Shown here: piece after piece, positions 10,500-19,818 of the stretch
How positions within the stretch are numbered: the stretch's first letter is position 1
Layout: each line of letters opens with the position of its first letter
Source of the DNA: a virus
Direction: 5' to 3' (one strand)
IMG/VR virus record: IMGVR_UViG_3300002835_000017
Length of the DNA stretch: 64,000 nt
Program-made: the position numbers and the translations under genes
Notes under the pieces: generated by a model
The model's database searches: none
Told to the model about the DNA's origin: nothing
Seen by the model: the letters and a program-made list of their open reading frames with translations, nothing else

Positions 10500-11451
10500 T
10501 TATCCAATTTTGTTTGTTTGTATAGAAATATAATCTTGTTGATAGTTTATGAAATTCAGCATTAACTATATCCATATCATTTTCTAAAATTTCTAAATAT
10601 TTTTGATGAAATTCTCCTTTACTACTTGCTCTATATTTGTAATCAATATGTGGCATCCAATCGGTATGTATAATTGGAATTTTACCATTATCAATTGCAT
10701 CAAAAATTGCGTATCCAAACGGTTCTTTAGTATAACATCCGTGAAATATTTGAAAATTACTTTCAAAAAACTTTTGATGGAACCGATAATCAAATTCTAT
10801 AAATCTATGGTATTCGGAATTTATTTTAGAACCTTCCAACATTCGTTTGTAATCATATTTGTTTGAAAATATAATTGATGGAATGTAATCTAAATAATGT
10901 GCGTTTTTTCGGGTTTCACATCTAGCAGCATACCCAATTTTGTTAGATATAACTCCTGTAAATGGTTTTTTATTTTTCCATTCGTAATAATTTGTGATTG
11001 TAATAGTATTTGGATACATTTTATGTATAGTATCAGATTCATATCCAATCCAAACTATATTATCAGAGTTATCTAATATTTCTTTTTGCCATTCCCAATC
11101 AATACGAGTCATTAGATTTTCGTACTCATCGTTTAATCCCAACATATCAGGAATAAATGCATGAACAAAGGTTGTGTGGGTTTTGTGAAGATATTTTTTG
11201 ATTATAAGATTTGGTTTGTATGAGTGGTGGAGAAAAATTATTTTATCACACTCATCTAATATCTTATCTATTTCCTCATCGTTTTGGAAAGTGTAAATTG
11301 CACCTTCTTCTGGTAACAAAGGTCTACCATCAACTACAATTTTGTAATCGTCTTTTACTAATGGTAATATATTTTCGAAAAAGTTATTACACCATAAATC
11401 AGCTCCGCCAATAACATTTTTTCCATAACCTGTTGTGATAAATACTATCAT
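10468..11451 (-). CDS. GT4-type GT-B glycosyltransferase
   Basis: N-terminal GGAD, ARCETRKN, EPFGYAIFDAIDNGKIPII. Confidence 0.8.
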   Translation of the reverse strand: MIVFITTGYGKNVIGGADLWCNNFFENILPLVKDDYKIVVDGRPLLPEEGAIYTFQNDEEIDKILDECDKIIFLHHSYKPNLIIKKYLHKTHTTFVHAFIPDMLGLNDEYENLMTRIDWEWQKEILDNSDNIVWIGYESDTIHKMYPNTITITNYYEWKNKKPFTGVISNKIGYAARCETRKNAHYLDYIPSIIFSNKYDYKRMLEGSKINSEYHRFIEFDYRFHQKFFESNFQIFHGCYTKEPFGYAIFDAIDNGKIPIIHTDWMPHIDYKYRASSKGEFHQKYLEILENDMDIVNAEFHKLSTRLYFYTNKQNWINEVIKYISNI

Positions 11452-11510
11452 ATAGAACCACTAATCAATAACTTATTTATTTTAAACTTATAGATGCCTA
11501 CCTTATATGA

Positions 11511-11693
11511 TTATTCGGCAGATTCTACAGGAATTAAAATGTATTTTTGCGTATCACCACACTCATTTGGCTCATCGGTATAAATTTCTTGATTTGTACC
11601 AAGCCATTCCATTGCTTGTTCAATAGTTAATGATTCACATCCTTCAACTGCTGTATCTGTGCCAGATATTACTATTTTCCAAATTTGTTCCAT
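11511..11693 (-). CDS. Small acidic hypothetical protein
   Basis: 60 aa ORF with a TATTTATA motif 19 nt upstream. Confidence 0.55.
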   Translation of the reverse strand: MEQIWKIVISGTDTAVEGCESLTIEQAMEWLGTNQEIYTDEPNECGDTQKYILIPVESAE

Positions 11694-11712
11694 AATTGTG
11701 AGGTTTATTTAC

Positions 11713-11720
11713 TATAAATA
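11713..11720 (-). promoter_or_regulatory. Putative late promoter TATTTATA
   Basis: Recurrent intergenic octamer oriented with the downstream gene. Confidence 0.5.
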
Positions 11721-11742
11721 TAATATTTTTAACAAAACAGTA

Positions 11743-12840
11743 TTAGTTTAATAGTTTTTGAAATATGGTTTCCATTTCTGAATAATCATTTAAGTATTCC
11801 ATCAGTTTATATCTATTTTGTATAGATTTTTCTAAAGATTTATTATATTGTTCTTCTATTTCATTATCAGATGTATTATATAACCATTCTGAAAATAAAT
11901 TTATACTTTTTTCCACATCTTCAAATGTATTTATATTTTCTATAAAATCAAAATTTAATAAATAAAATCCCATATTTTTAAGTTCATTTAATGTATCAGA
12001 ACAAGCTACCAATAATATAGGTTTACCAAAAAACAATCCTTTAAATGTTTTCTCCGTAATAAATCTTTCACTATTATTTCTATAATCTAATGTTTCAAAT
12101 ATTAAATTGTAATTACAATAAAGATAATCGTTTATTGCTTCAAAGTGTTTATATTTGGGATACAATAAATCGTATGCATCATTAGCAGAATCCTTTGGAT
12201 TTAACATTTTTTGAATTAAAGGATTTGAATTTAATAATTCAGTTCTCCAACTTCCAGTTTTATATGCTCTTACATAAGAAAATAATTTTGATTTAGATGT
12301 ATCATATTTGGGTAATGGCATATTATTTATTAACTCTTCCAAGTAATAATATCCTATATAGTATTTAAAATACCTAAATGGAAATAGTAAATCAAAATAA
12401 AAATTAGGTTCTTTTTCTAATAAAGGTCTTTTGGAACCTGAAAGTATTAAATCATATTCAATTTCTTGTATTTTTTTCACAAACTCCATCTCAAACACCT
12501 CACCATAATGCCATATAAATACCTTTTTTATATTGGGGCAATCTATGTTTAATTGAAATATTTTATCATCAATCAATTTACTTTCTAAATTTTCTACAAA
12601 TATCACACATCTGTTAAAACTTTTAAAAAATTGATTTGATTCTTTTAAAAAATCAGTCATGCGATTGTAAAAATATATTTTACTATTTAATCCTCTATGA
12701 TAATATATTTGTTTATCGGAATTGTCAAACTCTTTTGCATCAAATTCAGATAAATATTCTAAATTTTCTTTACCAAACATACCAAGCATTATTGGTATTT
12801 GATTTGAGTAATGTATAAATACTATTAGATTTTCCTTCAT
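11743..12840 (-). CDS. Putative glycosyltransferase (GT10/GT47-like), paralogue of 9177..10499
   Basis: YNLIFET..FITEKTFKGLFFGKP motif. Confidence 0.5.
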   Translation of the reverse strand: MKENLIVFIHYSNQIPIMLGMFGKENLEYLSEFDAKEFDNSDKQIYYHRGLNSKIYFYNRMTDFLKESNQFFKSFNRCVIFVENLESKLIDDKIFQLNIDCPNIKKVFIWHYGEVFEMEFVKKIQEIEYDLILSGSKRPLLEKEPNFYFDLLFPFRYFKYYIGYYYLEELINNMPLPKYDTSKSKLFSYVRAYKTGSWRTELLNSNPLIQKMLNPKDSANDAYDLLYPKYKHFEAINDYLYCNYNLIFETLDYRNNSERFITEKTFKGLFFGKPILLVACSDTLNELKNMGFYLLNFDFIENINTFEDVEKSINLFSEWLYNTSDNEIEEQYNKSLEKSIQNRYKLMEYLNDYSEMETIFQKLLN

Positions 12841-13568
12841 TATATTCCTCCGCCTCCTCCCGAATCCGCTTCAATAAAATGTACAAATATCGCTTGTACA
12901 TTATTAATATCGTTCCAAGGTATAGTTATTGTTAAATCAGAAACAGTTCCACCATCGGAAAAATAAGTATTAAAACTATTAACCGGGGTTCCATCTGGTC
13001 CGTTTCCATTGATACTACAATTTTCTATTGTTGGAGATACACCACATTGGTCGGATATTCCTCTATATCTTCCACTAGATTTACTATTAACTACAATTTC
13101 AAAACCACTTGAATAATTATTTAGGTAATCCCAATAGATATCAAACCTACCACATCCTCCCAATCCAGTATTACCAAGAACCCCTGCTAACGAACGAGGA
13201 TTGAATGAACCACAATTGGAAACATAAATTGATGTGTAATTGTTATGAATTTTACTTCTTGGGATTTTTATTTCACCATAAGTATAAGCAAGACTGTCTA
13301 CCATAAAAGCCTGAATTCCACCTGCTAATCCAATATTGGTTTCAAAATCAAAAAATAAAGAATCACCAAATCCACTTACATTTTGTGTTTGGTCATTTGA
13401 ACCACCCAAAGTTAAATCAGGAATATATTGATTTTCTGCTATATTAGGCCAACGAATTTCAATTGGAAAAAACGCGTAAGGAGTTGATGAGCCAGCTAAA
13501 ACGGCACCAGTGCCTGATAAGTGATTACCCAATGCTATTTTTGAAGTTGGTATTGTTATAATTGACAT
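12840..13568 (-). CDS. Hypothetical virion/fibre-associated protein
   Basis: G/S/N-rich, directly downstream of the tail fibre gene. Confidence 0.5.
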   Translation of the reverse strand: MSIITIPTSKIALGNHLSGTGAVLAGSSTPYAFFPIEIRWPNIAENQYIPDLTLGGSNDQTQNVSGFGDSLFFDFETNIGLAGGIQAFMVDSLAYTYGEIKIPRSKIHNNYTSIYVSNCGSFNPRSLAGVLGNTGLGGCGRFDIYWDYLNNYSSGFEIVVNSKSSGRYRGISDQCGVSPTIENCSINGNGPDGTPVNSFNTYFSDGGTVSDLTITIPWNDINNVQAIFVHFIEADSGGGGGI

Positions 13569-13569
13569 A

Positions 13570-16500
13570 CTACTTATTTAATAACTTTTTAATTGATGTT
13601 ATTTCATTTTTTAATTCAGTAATTTCACCATTTTGTTCTTTTATTCCTTCAATCAATAAGGCAATTATCTTTTCGTAATCAACTCCTAAATATCCATCAC
13701 CCTTTTCCTTTACAACTTCTGGTAATACTTCTTGAATTTCTTGTGCTAAAACTCCTACTTCTTGAACATTTTTTGGTTTGTTAGAAATACCGTTCCAATT
13801 AAATGTATATCCTCCAATTTTTTTAATTTTATCCATTGGATTTGAAATAGGAATAATATTTTCTTTTAATCTCTTATCGGAACTAGCTAATGCGTAAACA
13901 TCACCAGTTGCTCTTATATCACCATTTATAGTTAGAACACCACTAGATACTGAAAATTCACCAACTGATAAATTTGTTATTGAACCATTGGTTGCACTTA
14001 AAGTAGAAAATGTACTTAATCCAGAAAAGTTTGATGAACCCTTTACGGTTAAAAAATTAGTGGCAGATAAACTTGTATCAACTTTAAATTGATTTGAACC
14101 ATATAGTGATTGTAATCCTGCTTGGCAAATTTCAACACTTCTAGGTGCACTACCAACTACGGCATTTACCCCACTAAAATTTGGAGTTTTTAAAGTAATA
14201 CTTTCACCACCAACTAAATAATTTACTCCAATTTGATGTTTTATTCTAACATTATATGTTCCACCTGAAGGTATTACTATAGAACCACCTCCAGTAGATG
14301 TTATACCTCGTTCATAATTAGGAGCATTATAAAATACATAACCCGATGCAATAAGTGCTTCGCCCACTCCCACAACTTCTAAACTTACCCAATGGTAAGT
14401 TTGAACATAAGTTGCAGTAGATATTTGCATCCAATATGAAGTACCTGCCGAATTGGAAATCATTGATGCTATCTCCGCATCTGTTATTGAAACCTCTGTT
14501 CCAGCTGCAACAACACCCGTTGATACATTGTTTGAATAGAATGTAGTACTTGCTTCAGACTGTAAGTTTTGTCCAAAAATTGCACCATTTCTTACTACTG
14601 AATCTGTACCACTAAAATCAGATAAAGCGGATGTAGAACTTCCTATTCTAAATGAAGTATCATCCGTCATAATTACTGCATTTCTAGAACCATCTTTTAT
14701 AAAGAATCCTAAATCATTTGAGTTAATTTCTATTGTACCAGTACTCGTTTTACTTATTTTATCGGTAGAAATTGACCAACCTCCAATTGTAGCACCTAAC
14801 GCGGATAATTCACTTACTGTTATTTTATCTGCCGTTACAGAACCAGCTGCAATCTTACCCGCAGTTATGGCATTTGTAGCAATTTTATCTGCAACTATTG
14901 CGTTCGCTGCTATTTTATCGGCAATTATTGCATTCGCTGCTATTTTACCAGAAGTAACTGCATCTGTTGCAATATTTCCCGCTTGTACTGCATTAGCAGC
15001 TAATTCTGTATTTGTTACGGTACTTAATGTTGCCAAACCACCCAATCCTGTAACTTGTCCAGTTGATACGGTGTTTTGAGTTGCCAAAGTCCCCAATCCT
15101 GTAACTTGTCCAGTTGATACGGTGTTTTGAGTTGCAAGGCCTCCTAATCCTGTAACTTGTCCAGTTGATACGGTGTTTTGAGTTGCAAGGCCTCCCAATC
15201 CACTCACCGTTCCAACTGGAACACTACTACCAACAGCTATGTTACCAACTATATTTAGAGTAGTTCCATCCCATGTTAATGAATTTGATGCAGATTTTAA
15301 AGATAACCTTCCAGTTGTTCCATTACTACCTATAAATGCACCAATTTGGTCATATCCTTTCGTTGCTTGTCCAATTGAAATAAACGGAGATGTTGTGCCA
15401 CCTGCAATTGTAATATTAGCATTACCTGATGAATTTGTTCCAACATTTATTGTGTTTTGTACAAATGATTCTTTAGATATAAACATTTCAGCAGCTACAA
15501 AAAATGAATCTGTTCCGAGTGATTGCCAAAATGTGGTTTGAGTATCCGGTTGTTTATTTAAATTTGCAGATGCATTTGTTTTTGTAGCATAATAAGTTCC
15601 ACTATACAACACCACATCTTTACGTGTTGGGTCTTGACTAACACTATTGTAAGTTGTAGTAGAATTCCAAGGACCTCTAAACACTACACCTGGCCCGTCT
15701 CCCCCAGTCGCTCCGGGTGCACCATCTGCTCCGTTCGTTCCATTGGTTCCGTTCGTTCCATTGGTTCCATTAGCCCCTGCTGCTCCAGTAGGAACTTTTG
15801 TTGCTCTAACAATTATCGTTTGAGTTTGTCCAGTCGTACCTTCACTATCAGTATGTGTTACTGTTAATGTTACCGATGCTTCTGCTGCATTCATTACCGC
15901 AGATGTCATTGTTAATGTTGCACTACTAACAGTTGGTGGAGTTGAGAATCCTGAAGTAGATGCAATGGTCATAGAAGTAAATCTACTAGTTGTTCCTTCT
16001 AATGCACTTATAGTTACATTTGATAAAGTTCCAGTTTGCGTTCCTGCTGCATTAGCCAATACAGATTGCGCTTGAGGTGAAGCAGAAATTAATACCAATG
16101 GAACTGCTTTTTTAACTTTTGATAAACTTAATGTATCGGTTACAGTTCTACTTGTTCCTTCAGAATCAGTTACAATTGCACTTATATTTACAGTTGTGGA
16201 ATTTATTCCATCCGCTAAAGTTTGATTACTCAAAGTTACTACTCCAGTTGTATTATTTACTGTTAAACTCCCACCAGTATCTACTCTAGTTGCAGTTAAT
16301 GTTGCTGGTAAAGTGATAGTAGAACCATTGTAAGTTTCTTTTACAACTATCGTTGAATCTAAAAATGAATCAATTTGTGCACCTGTTGATTTAGCAGTTA
16401 CACTTTGGTCTTTTGGTGTTGATGATATAGCTAAAACAGGTGCTGCTTTTTTATTTTTAGTATAAGTTACGTTTTTTATAATAGAAGTTGTATCACCTGC

Positions 16501-18831
16501 TCCATCCTTATAACTAATTGTTATATCCAATGAACCCGAATCTTGAGTAAGATTTGTAATACTGTATGAGTTTGTTGTTGGATTACTATTATTTCCACCA
16601 TTTGGAGTACATCCAATTCCACTTAAATTTGTTATAGCAAACGTATTATTTGCTCTAATACTATCATTATCATCATCAAATGAAATACTCTCATTACCCA
16701 CTTTAACAGTCACCGAACCACTTGTCAATATGAATGAACCACTTGCTATAAATCCATTTGAAAGTGATGGAAGTGATGCGTTATCATTTGTGAGAGTTGC
16801 GGATAATCCATCTAATATTTTTACAGGAGTTATTTTTATTGCATCAGAAAATTGATTACCAAATTGGTCTGAACCTGAAATGAAGTATGTAGTCTCTCCC
16901 GTTCCAAAGGAATAATCAGTTCCAGCTATTGTATAGGTATCTACGCCGTTTGTTGAGTTAGTAGATACCAATGTCAATGGTGGTTTACCACTTCCTGAAT
17001 TTACAGTTAATGGAGTTGTTGCCGATGCTAAATTCTTACGTTTAGCTTCGATTGTTATTGTTTGACCCGATGGGTTTATTGATAAATCTGTTGCTTTATA
17101 AATAAATTGATTTGTATTAGATGTTACAAAAACACCAGGTGCATTATCACCATCTTCAAATCTGTATACAGTTTCAAATTGTTCTAATCCTTCACACGAT
17201 GCAGTATATGTAATTGAACCAACTAATACAGATGCTACACTACCAGTAAAATTTGCAATAGTTAATGTTGCACCCGCATCACTTACATTTGTTAATGTTC
17301 CAGGATAAGTTCCTGCATAGGATGCGGGTACTATATAATTACCGCCAATATCAAATGCAGATGATGCGTATGTAACTGAACCTGTTAAATTTGATTTTGA
17401 AACTTTAAATCCTAATTGTTGAAATGCAGGATTACCAAATGAACCAGTAGAAAATCTAAATGCAGTTCTATCTGAATCAAATGTTAACAATTTAGTGGCT
17501 ACTCCACTTGTCCCACCCGTAAAATTTGCACTCTGTGTTACTGCAACTGGAACAAAATTGTTATTTACATCATAAAATTCAAATTTAAAATTATAAGTTT
17601 CATTACCAATGACTGTGGGCATTGTAGTAATAAAGGAGATTTCATCAGGTGAAAATGCCGTATCTTCGGAAAGTCTTAAACTTATATTTCCAACATGCCA
17701 TTCACCTTGCGATTGTGAAAAATATAAAGAACCACTTTGAAAATCGGAATCTAATTTAAATGGAATAACCGTATCTGATAGATTTTTTGTGGGGGTTATT
17801 CCATTTAATGTACCAATTAAAACATCACCACCATCCGAGCCACTTATGTATATTCCTAAATTACTTGCGGTAGATGATGAGTAAAACGCATCTAAATTTA
17901 ACTCATACGTGTTTGATGCTTTTATGTCCAACGATTGTGAGTAAGTTAATAATCCACTTCCGTTTAATTTTAATCCACTTTCAACTCTACTAGATGTTAA
18001 TTGGGCAGTTAATGAACCAGTATTCCAAAATAAAGGTAATACTTCCGATGTAAATGTTCCAGTATTTCCTATAACACTTCCTGTTAATTGGGTAGTTGTT
18101 AATAATTCTTTTGATTCTACTAATATATCTTGTATTAAATTAAAATCAGAAATATCTCCTTCAGAAGTTCTGAATACTTTTACTCGTTTTACATCACCTG
18201 CAAATGTTTCTAATTGTGAAAGTTTAATTTCTGCAAAAGATTGATTTATACCAGAATCAACCTTTGAACCACTTTCTATTCTGTATATTGGGGATAGTAT
18301 TTCTGTAATAGTAGCAGTTGGTCTACGATAAAAACGAATTTTAGTAGTATTTGCCAATGTAGGATTTACATTAACACTTCTCTGCCACTTTACATTGTAA
18401 GTACCTTGCCAATCAATTGGTATTGGTGTTAATAAACCATTACCATCATAGTATGAGCTTAATTCACCTAATATTGTAATTGTACACGGACCATACGCAG
18501 TTGTATCTGGATAAACATATACCGCTACAACTTTTGATACCCCTTCATAGTATTCACTAATAAACGATTCTCCGTTTATAGATGACGATACTATACCTTC
18601 ACCAGGTTCATGATATATAGTATTTCCTGCAGCATCTTTAATTTCAATTTTAACTAAAGTATCGGCTACTAATTCCTTTGAACCTGCTATTAAAAATGCG
18701 TTCTTACCACCAGTAAATGCATCTGGTATTTCTGTTACATTGAAGTAGGTACTATTTGGAGCAGTATCTACTACAAATGTATTATACTTATCTAAATTTT
18801 CAGCAAAAAGCGTTTTCTTTATTACGGCCAT
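13570..18831 (-). CDS. Long tail fibre protein with collagen-like segment, beta-repeat shaft and C-terminal peptidase S74 intramolecular chaperone
   Basis: C-terminal SSDKRLKENI..GVLAQEIQEVLPEVV..GVDYEKIIALLIEGIKEQ plus coiled coil; G-X-Y run; A(N)AIxADKI repeats. Confidence 0.88.
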   Translation of the reverse strand: MAVIKKTLFAENLDKYNTFVVDTAPNSTYFNVTEIPDAFTGGKNAFLIAGSKELVADTLVKIEIKDAAGNTIYHEPGEGIVSSSINGESFISEYYEGVSKVVAVYVYPDTTAYGPCTITILGELSSYYDGNGLLTPIPIDWQGTYNVKWQRSVNVNPTLANTTKIRFYRRPTATITEILSPIYRIESGSKVDSGINQSFAEIKLSQLETFAGDVKRVKVFRTSEGDISDFNLIQDILVESKELLTTTQLTGSVIGNTGTFTSEVLPLFWNTGSLTAQLTSSRVESGLKLNGSGLLTYSQSLDIKASNTYELNLDAFYSSSTASNLGIYISGSDGGDVLIGTLNGITPTKNLSDTVIPFKLDSDFQSGSLYFSQSQGEWHVGNISLRLSEDTAFSPDEISFITTMPTVIGNETYNFKFEFYDVNNNFVPVAVTQSANFTGGTSGVATKLLTFDSDRTAFRFSTGSFGNPAFQQLGFKVSKSNLTGSVTYASSAFDIGGNYIVPASYAGTYPGTLTNVSDAGATLTIANFTGSVASVLVGSITYTASCEGLEQFETVYRFEDGDNAPGVFVTSNTNQFIYKATDLSINPSGQTITIEAKRKNLASATTPLTVNSGSGKPPLTLVSTNSTNGVDTYTIAGTDYSFGTGETTYFISGSDQFGNQFSDAIKITPVKILDGLSATLTNDNASLPSLSNGFIASGSFILTSGSVTVKVGNESISFDDDNDSIRANNTFAITNLSGIGCTPNGGNNSNPTTNSYSITNLTQDSGSLDITISYKDGAGDTTSIIKNVTYTKNKKAAPVLAISSTPKDQSVTAKSTGAQIDSFLDSTIVVKETYNGSTITLPATLTATRVDTGGSLTVNNTTGVVTLSNQTLADGINSTTVNISAIVTDSEGTSRTVTDTLSLSKVKKAVPLVLISASPQAQSVLANAAGTQTGTLSNVTISALEGTTSRFTSMTIASTSGFSTPPTVSSATLTMTSAVMNAAEASVTLTVTHTDSEGTTGQTQTIIVRATKVPTGAAGANGTNGTNGTNGTNGADGAPGATGGDGPGVVFRGPWNSTTTYNSVSQDPTRKDVVLYSGTYYATKTNASANLNKQPDTQTTFWQSLGTDSFFVAAEMFISKESFVQNTINVGTNSSGNANITIAGGTTSPFISIGQATKGYDQIGAFIGSNGTTGRLSLKSASNSLTWDGTTLNIVGNIAVGSSVPVGTVSGLGGLATQNTVSTGQVTGLGGLATQNTVSTGQVTGLGTLATQNTVSTGQVTGLGGLATLSTVTNTELAANAVQAGNIATDAVTSGKIAANAIIADKIAANAIVADKIATNAITAGKIAAGSVTADKITVSELSALGATIGGWSISTDKISKTSTGTIEINSNDLGFFIKDGSRNAVIMTDDTSFRIGSSTSALSDFSGTDSVVRNGAIFGQNLQSEASTTFYSNNVSTGVVAAGTEVSITDAEIASMISNSAGTSYWMQISTATYVQTYHWVSLEVVGVGEALIASGYVFYNAPNYERGITSTGGGSIVIPSGGTYNVRIKHQIGVNYLVGGESITLKTPNFSGVNAVVGSAPRSVEICQAGLQSLYGSNQFKVDTSLSATNFLTVKGSSNFSGLSTFSTLSATNGSITNLSVGEFSVSSGVLTINGDIRATGDVYALASSDKRLKENIIPISNPMDKIKKIGGYTFNWNGISNKPKNVQEVGVLAQEIQEVLPEVVKEKGDGYLGVDYEKIIALLIEGIKEQNGEITELKNEITSIKKLLNK
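14820..15000 (-). repeat. Six 10-aa repeats (A[AT]NAIxA[DG]KI) in tail fibre shaft
   Basis: AANAVQAGNI ATDAVTSGKI AANAIIADKI AANAIVADKI ATNAITAGKI AAGSVTADKI. Confidence 0.85.
15029..15201 (-). repeat. 51-bp tandem repeat (~3.4 copies; GLGGLATQNTVSTGQVT)
   Basis: aatcctgtaacttgtccagttgatacggtgttttgagttgc occurs three times at 51-nt spacing. Confidence 0.92.
15688..15790 (-). repeat. Collagen-like G-X-Y run (about 11 triplets) with an 18-bp duplication
   Basis: GAA GAN GTN GTN GTN GTN GAD GAP GAT GGD GPG; ccgttcgttccattggtt x2. Confidence 0.85.
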
Positions 18832-18847
18832 TATAAAATATCTTTAC

Positions 18848-18885
18848 TATAAATATTCTTAAAAAATAAATCTAACATATTTATA
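18848..18885. promoter_or_regulatory. Divergent pair of TATTTATA putative late promoters
   Basis: TATAAATA at 18848-18855 (reads TATTTATA toward the tail fibre) and TATTTATA at 18878-18885 (toward the + strand RHH gene). Confidence 0.55.
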
Positions 18886-18934
18886 TAAAGAAAACTAATA
18901 AATACTTTATTAAACTAAAGATAACTAAAGAGTT

Positions 18935-19108
18935 ATGAAATACGCGATGTTACAAATAAAAAAAGAAACCCACGAACTTCTCAAAAATTATTGTGAAGAA
19001 CATGGGTTTAAAATGGGAAGTTTAGTAGAAAACTTAATTAAAAAACATATTGGAGTTCCTAAAATTCAAAACGGTGTGTTAAAAGCAGATAAAATTAAAT
19101 CTTTCTAA
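18935..19108 (+). CDS. Small ribbon-helix-helix-like DNA-binding protein (57 aa; absent from ORF track)
   Basis: MKYAMLQIKKETHELLKNYCEEHGFKMGSLVENLIKKHI: beta-strand, helix, G turn, helix. Confidence 0.7.
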   Translation: MKYAMLQIKKETHELLKNYCEEHGFKMGSLVENLIKKHIGVPKIQNGVLKADKIKSF

Positions 19109-19818
19109 TCTTCATGTGAGTAGAATGATACTATATTATATTTAATATCATTCTGTACTTTTTCAACTTCATGAAATAAATTTTTATCAGAATCCAATAC
19201 TACAAAATTAGGAAAAATTGGATTTACTTTAATATCATTTCCATTTAAATCATGTAATATCAAATGTCCACCATTTGATTCACTCCATTCGTTATTTAAA
19301 AAATATAAAAATACACATATTCTGTTATGAGGTTTTCCATCATCATGTAATTTTATCTCACATCCATTATCGTAAAATTGTAATTTTGTATTTCCAGTAA
19401 ATTTATTAAATAATTTTTCAGGATAATATTTTCTTACAAAGTTTTTTTGAAAATCTCTTAATACTTCATTGTTTATTCTATTAGTTATTTCAGAATCCAT
19501 AGAAGTACCAAATACCCAAGTTGGATAGAATCCACATTCTTCAATTTTTTTCAATTGATATTGGTGTGCTTTATTATAAACATAATCGGCAGTATCTAAA
19601 TCGTTATCTCTTGCTAAATAATTATCATAAACCAATTCTTCCATATAAGATTGGTCATTATATTTAAACCAATAATCATATCTAGAATATCTTACAAAAT
19701 TTGTATTATCTATATAATTTTTTATTTGTTTAAAACCATCTAAATCAATTAGTTCGGAATAATCTTCCAACTTACCGTAAATGTATCCACTATTTCTGTA
19801 ATTTTCTATACTTTCCAT
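19105..19818 (-). CDS. 2OG-Fe(II) oxygenase (prolyl hydroxylase-like)
   Basis: LHDD (HxD), YFLN..GGHL, FHEV. Confidence 0.85.
   Translation of the reverse strand: MESIENYRNSGYIYGKLEDYSELIDLDGFKQIKNYIDNTNFVRYSRYDYWFKYNDQSYMEELVYDNYLARDNDLDTADYVYNKAHQYQLKKIEECGFYPTWVFGTSMDSEITNRINNEVLRDFQKNFVRKYYPEKLFNKFTGNTKLQFYDNGCEIKLHDDGKPHNRICVFLYFLNNEWSESNGGHLILHDLNGNDIKVNPIFPNFVVLDSDKNLFHEVEKVQNDIKYNIVSFYSHED

Noticed and set aside
15029-15201. 51-bp repeats as a CRISPR array or DGR template/variable repeat
   Set aside because: The repeats are in-frame and contiguous with no spacers, show no adenine-specific divergence, and no cas or reverse transcriptase gene is present.
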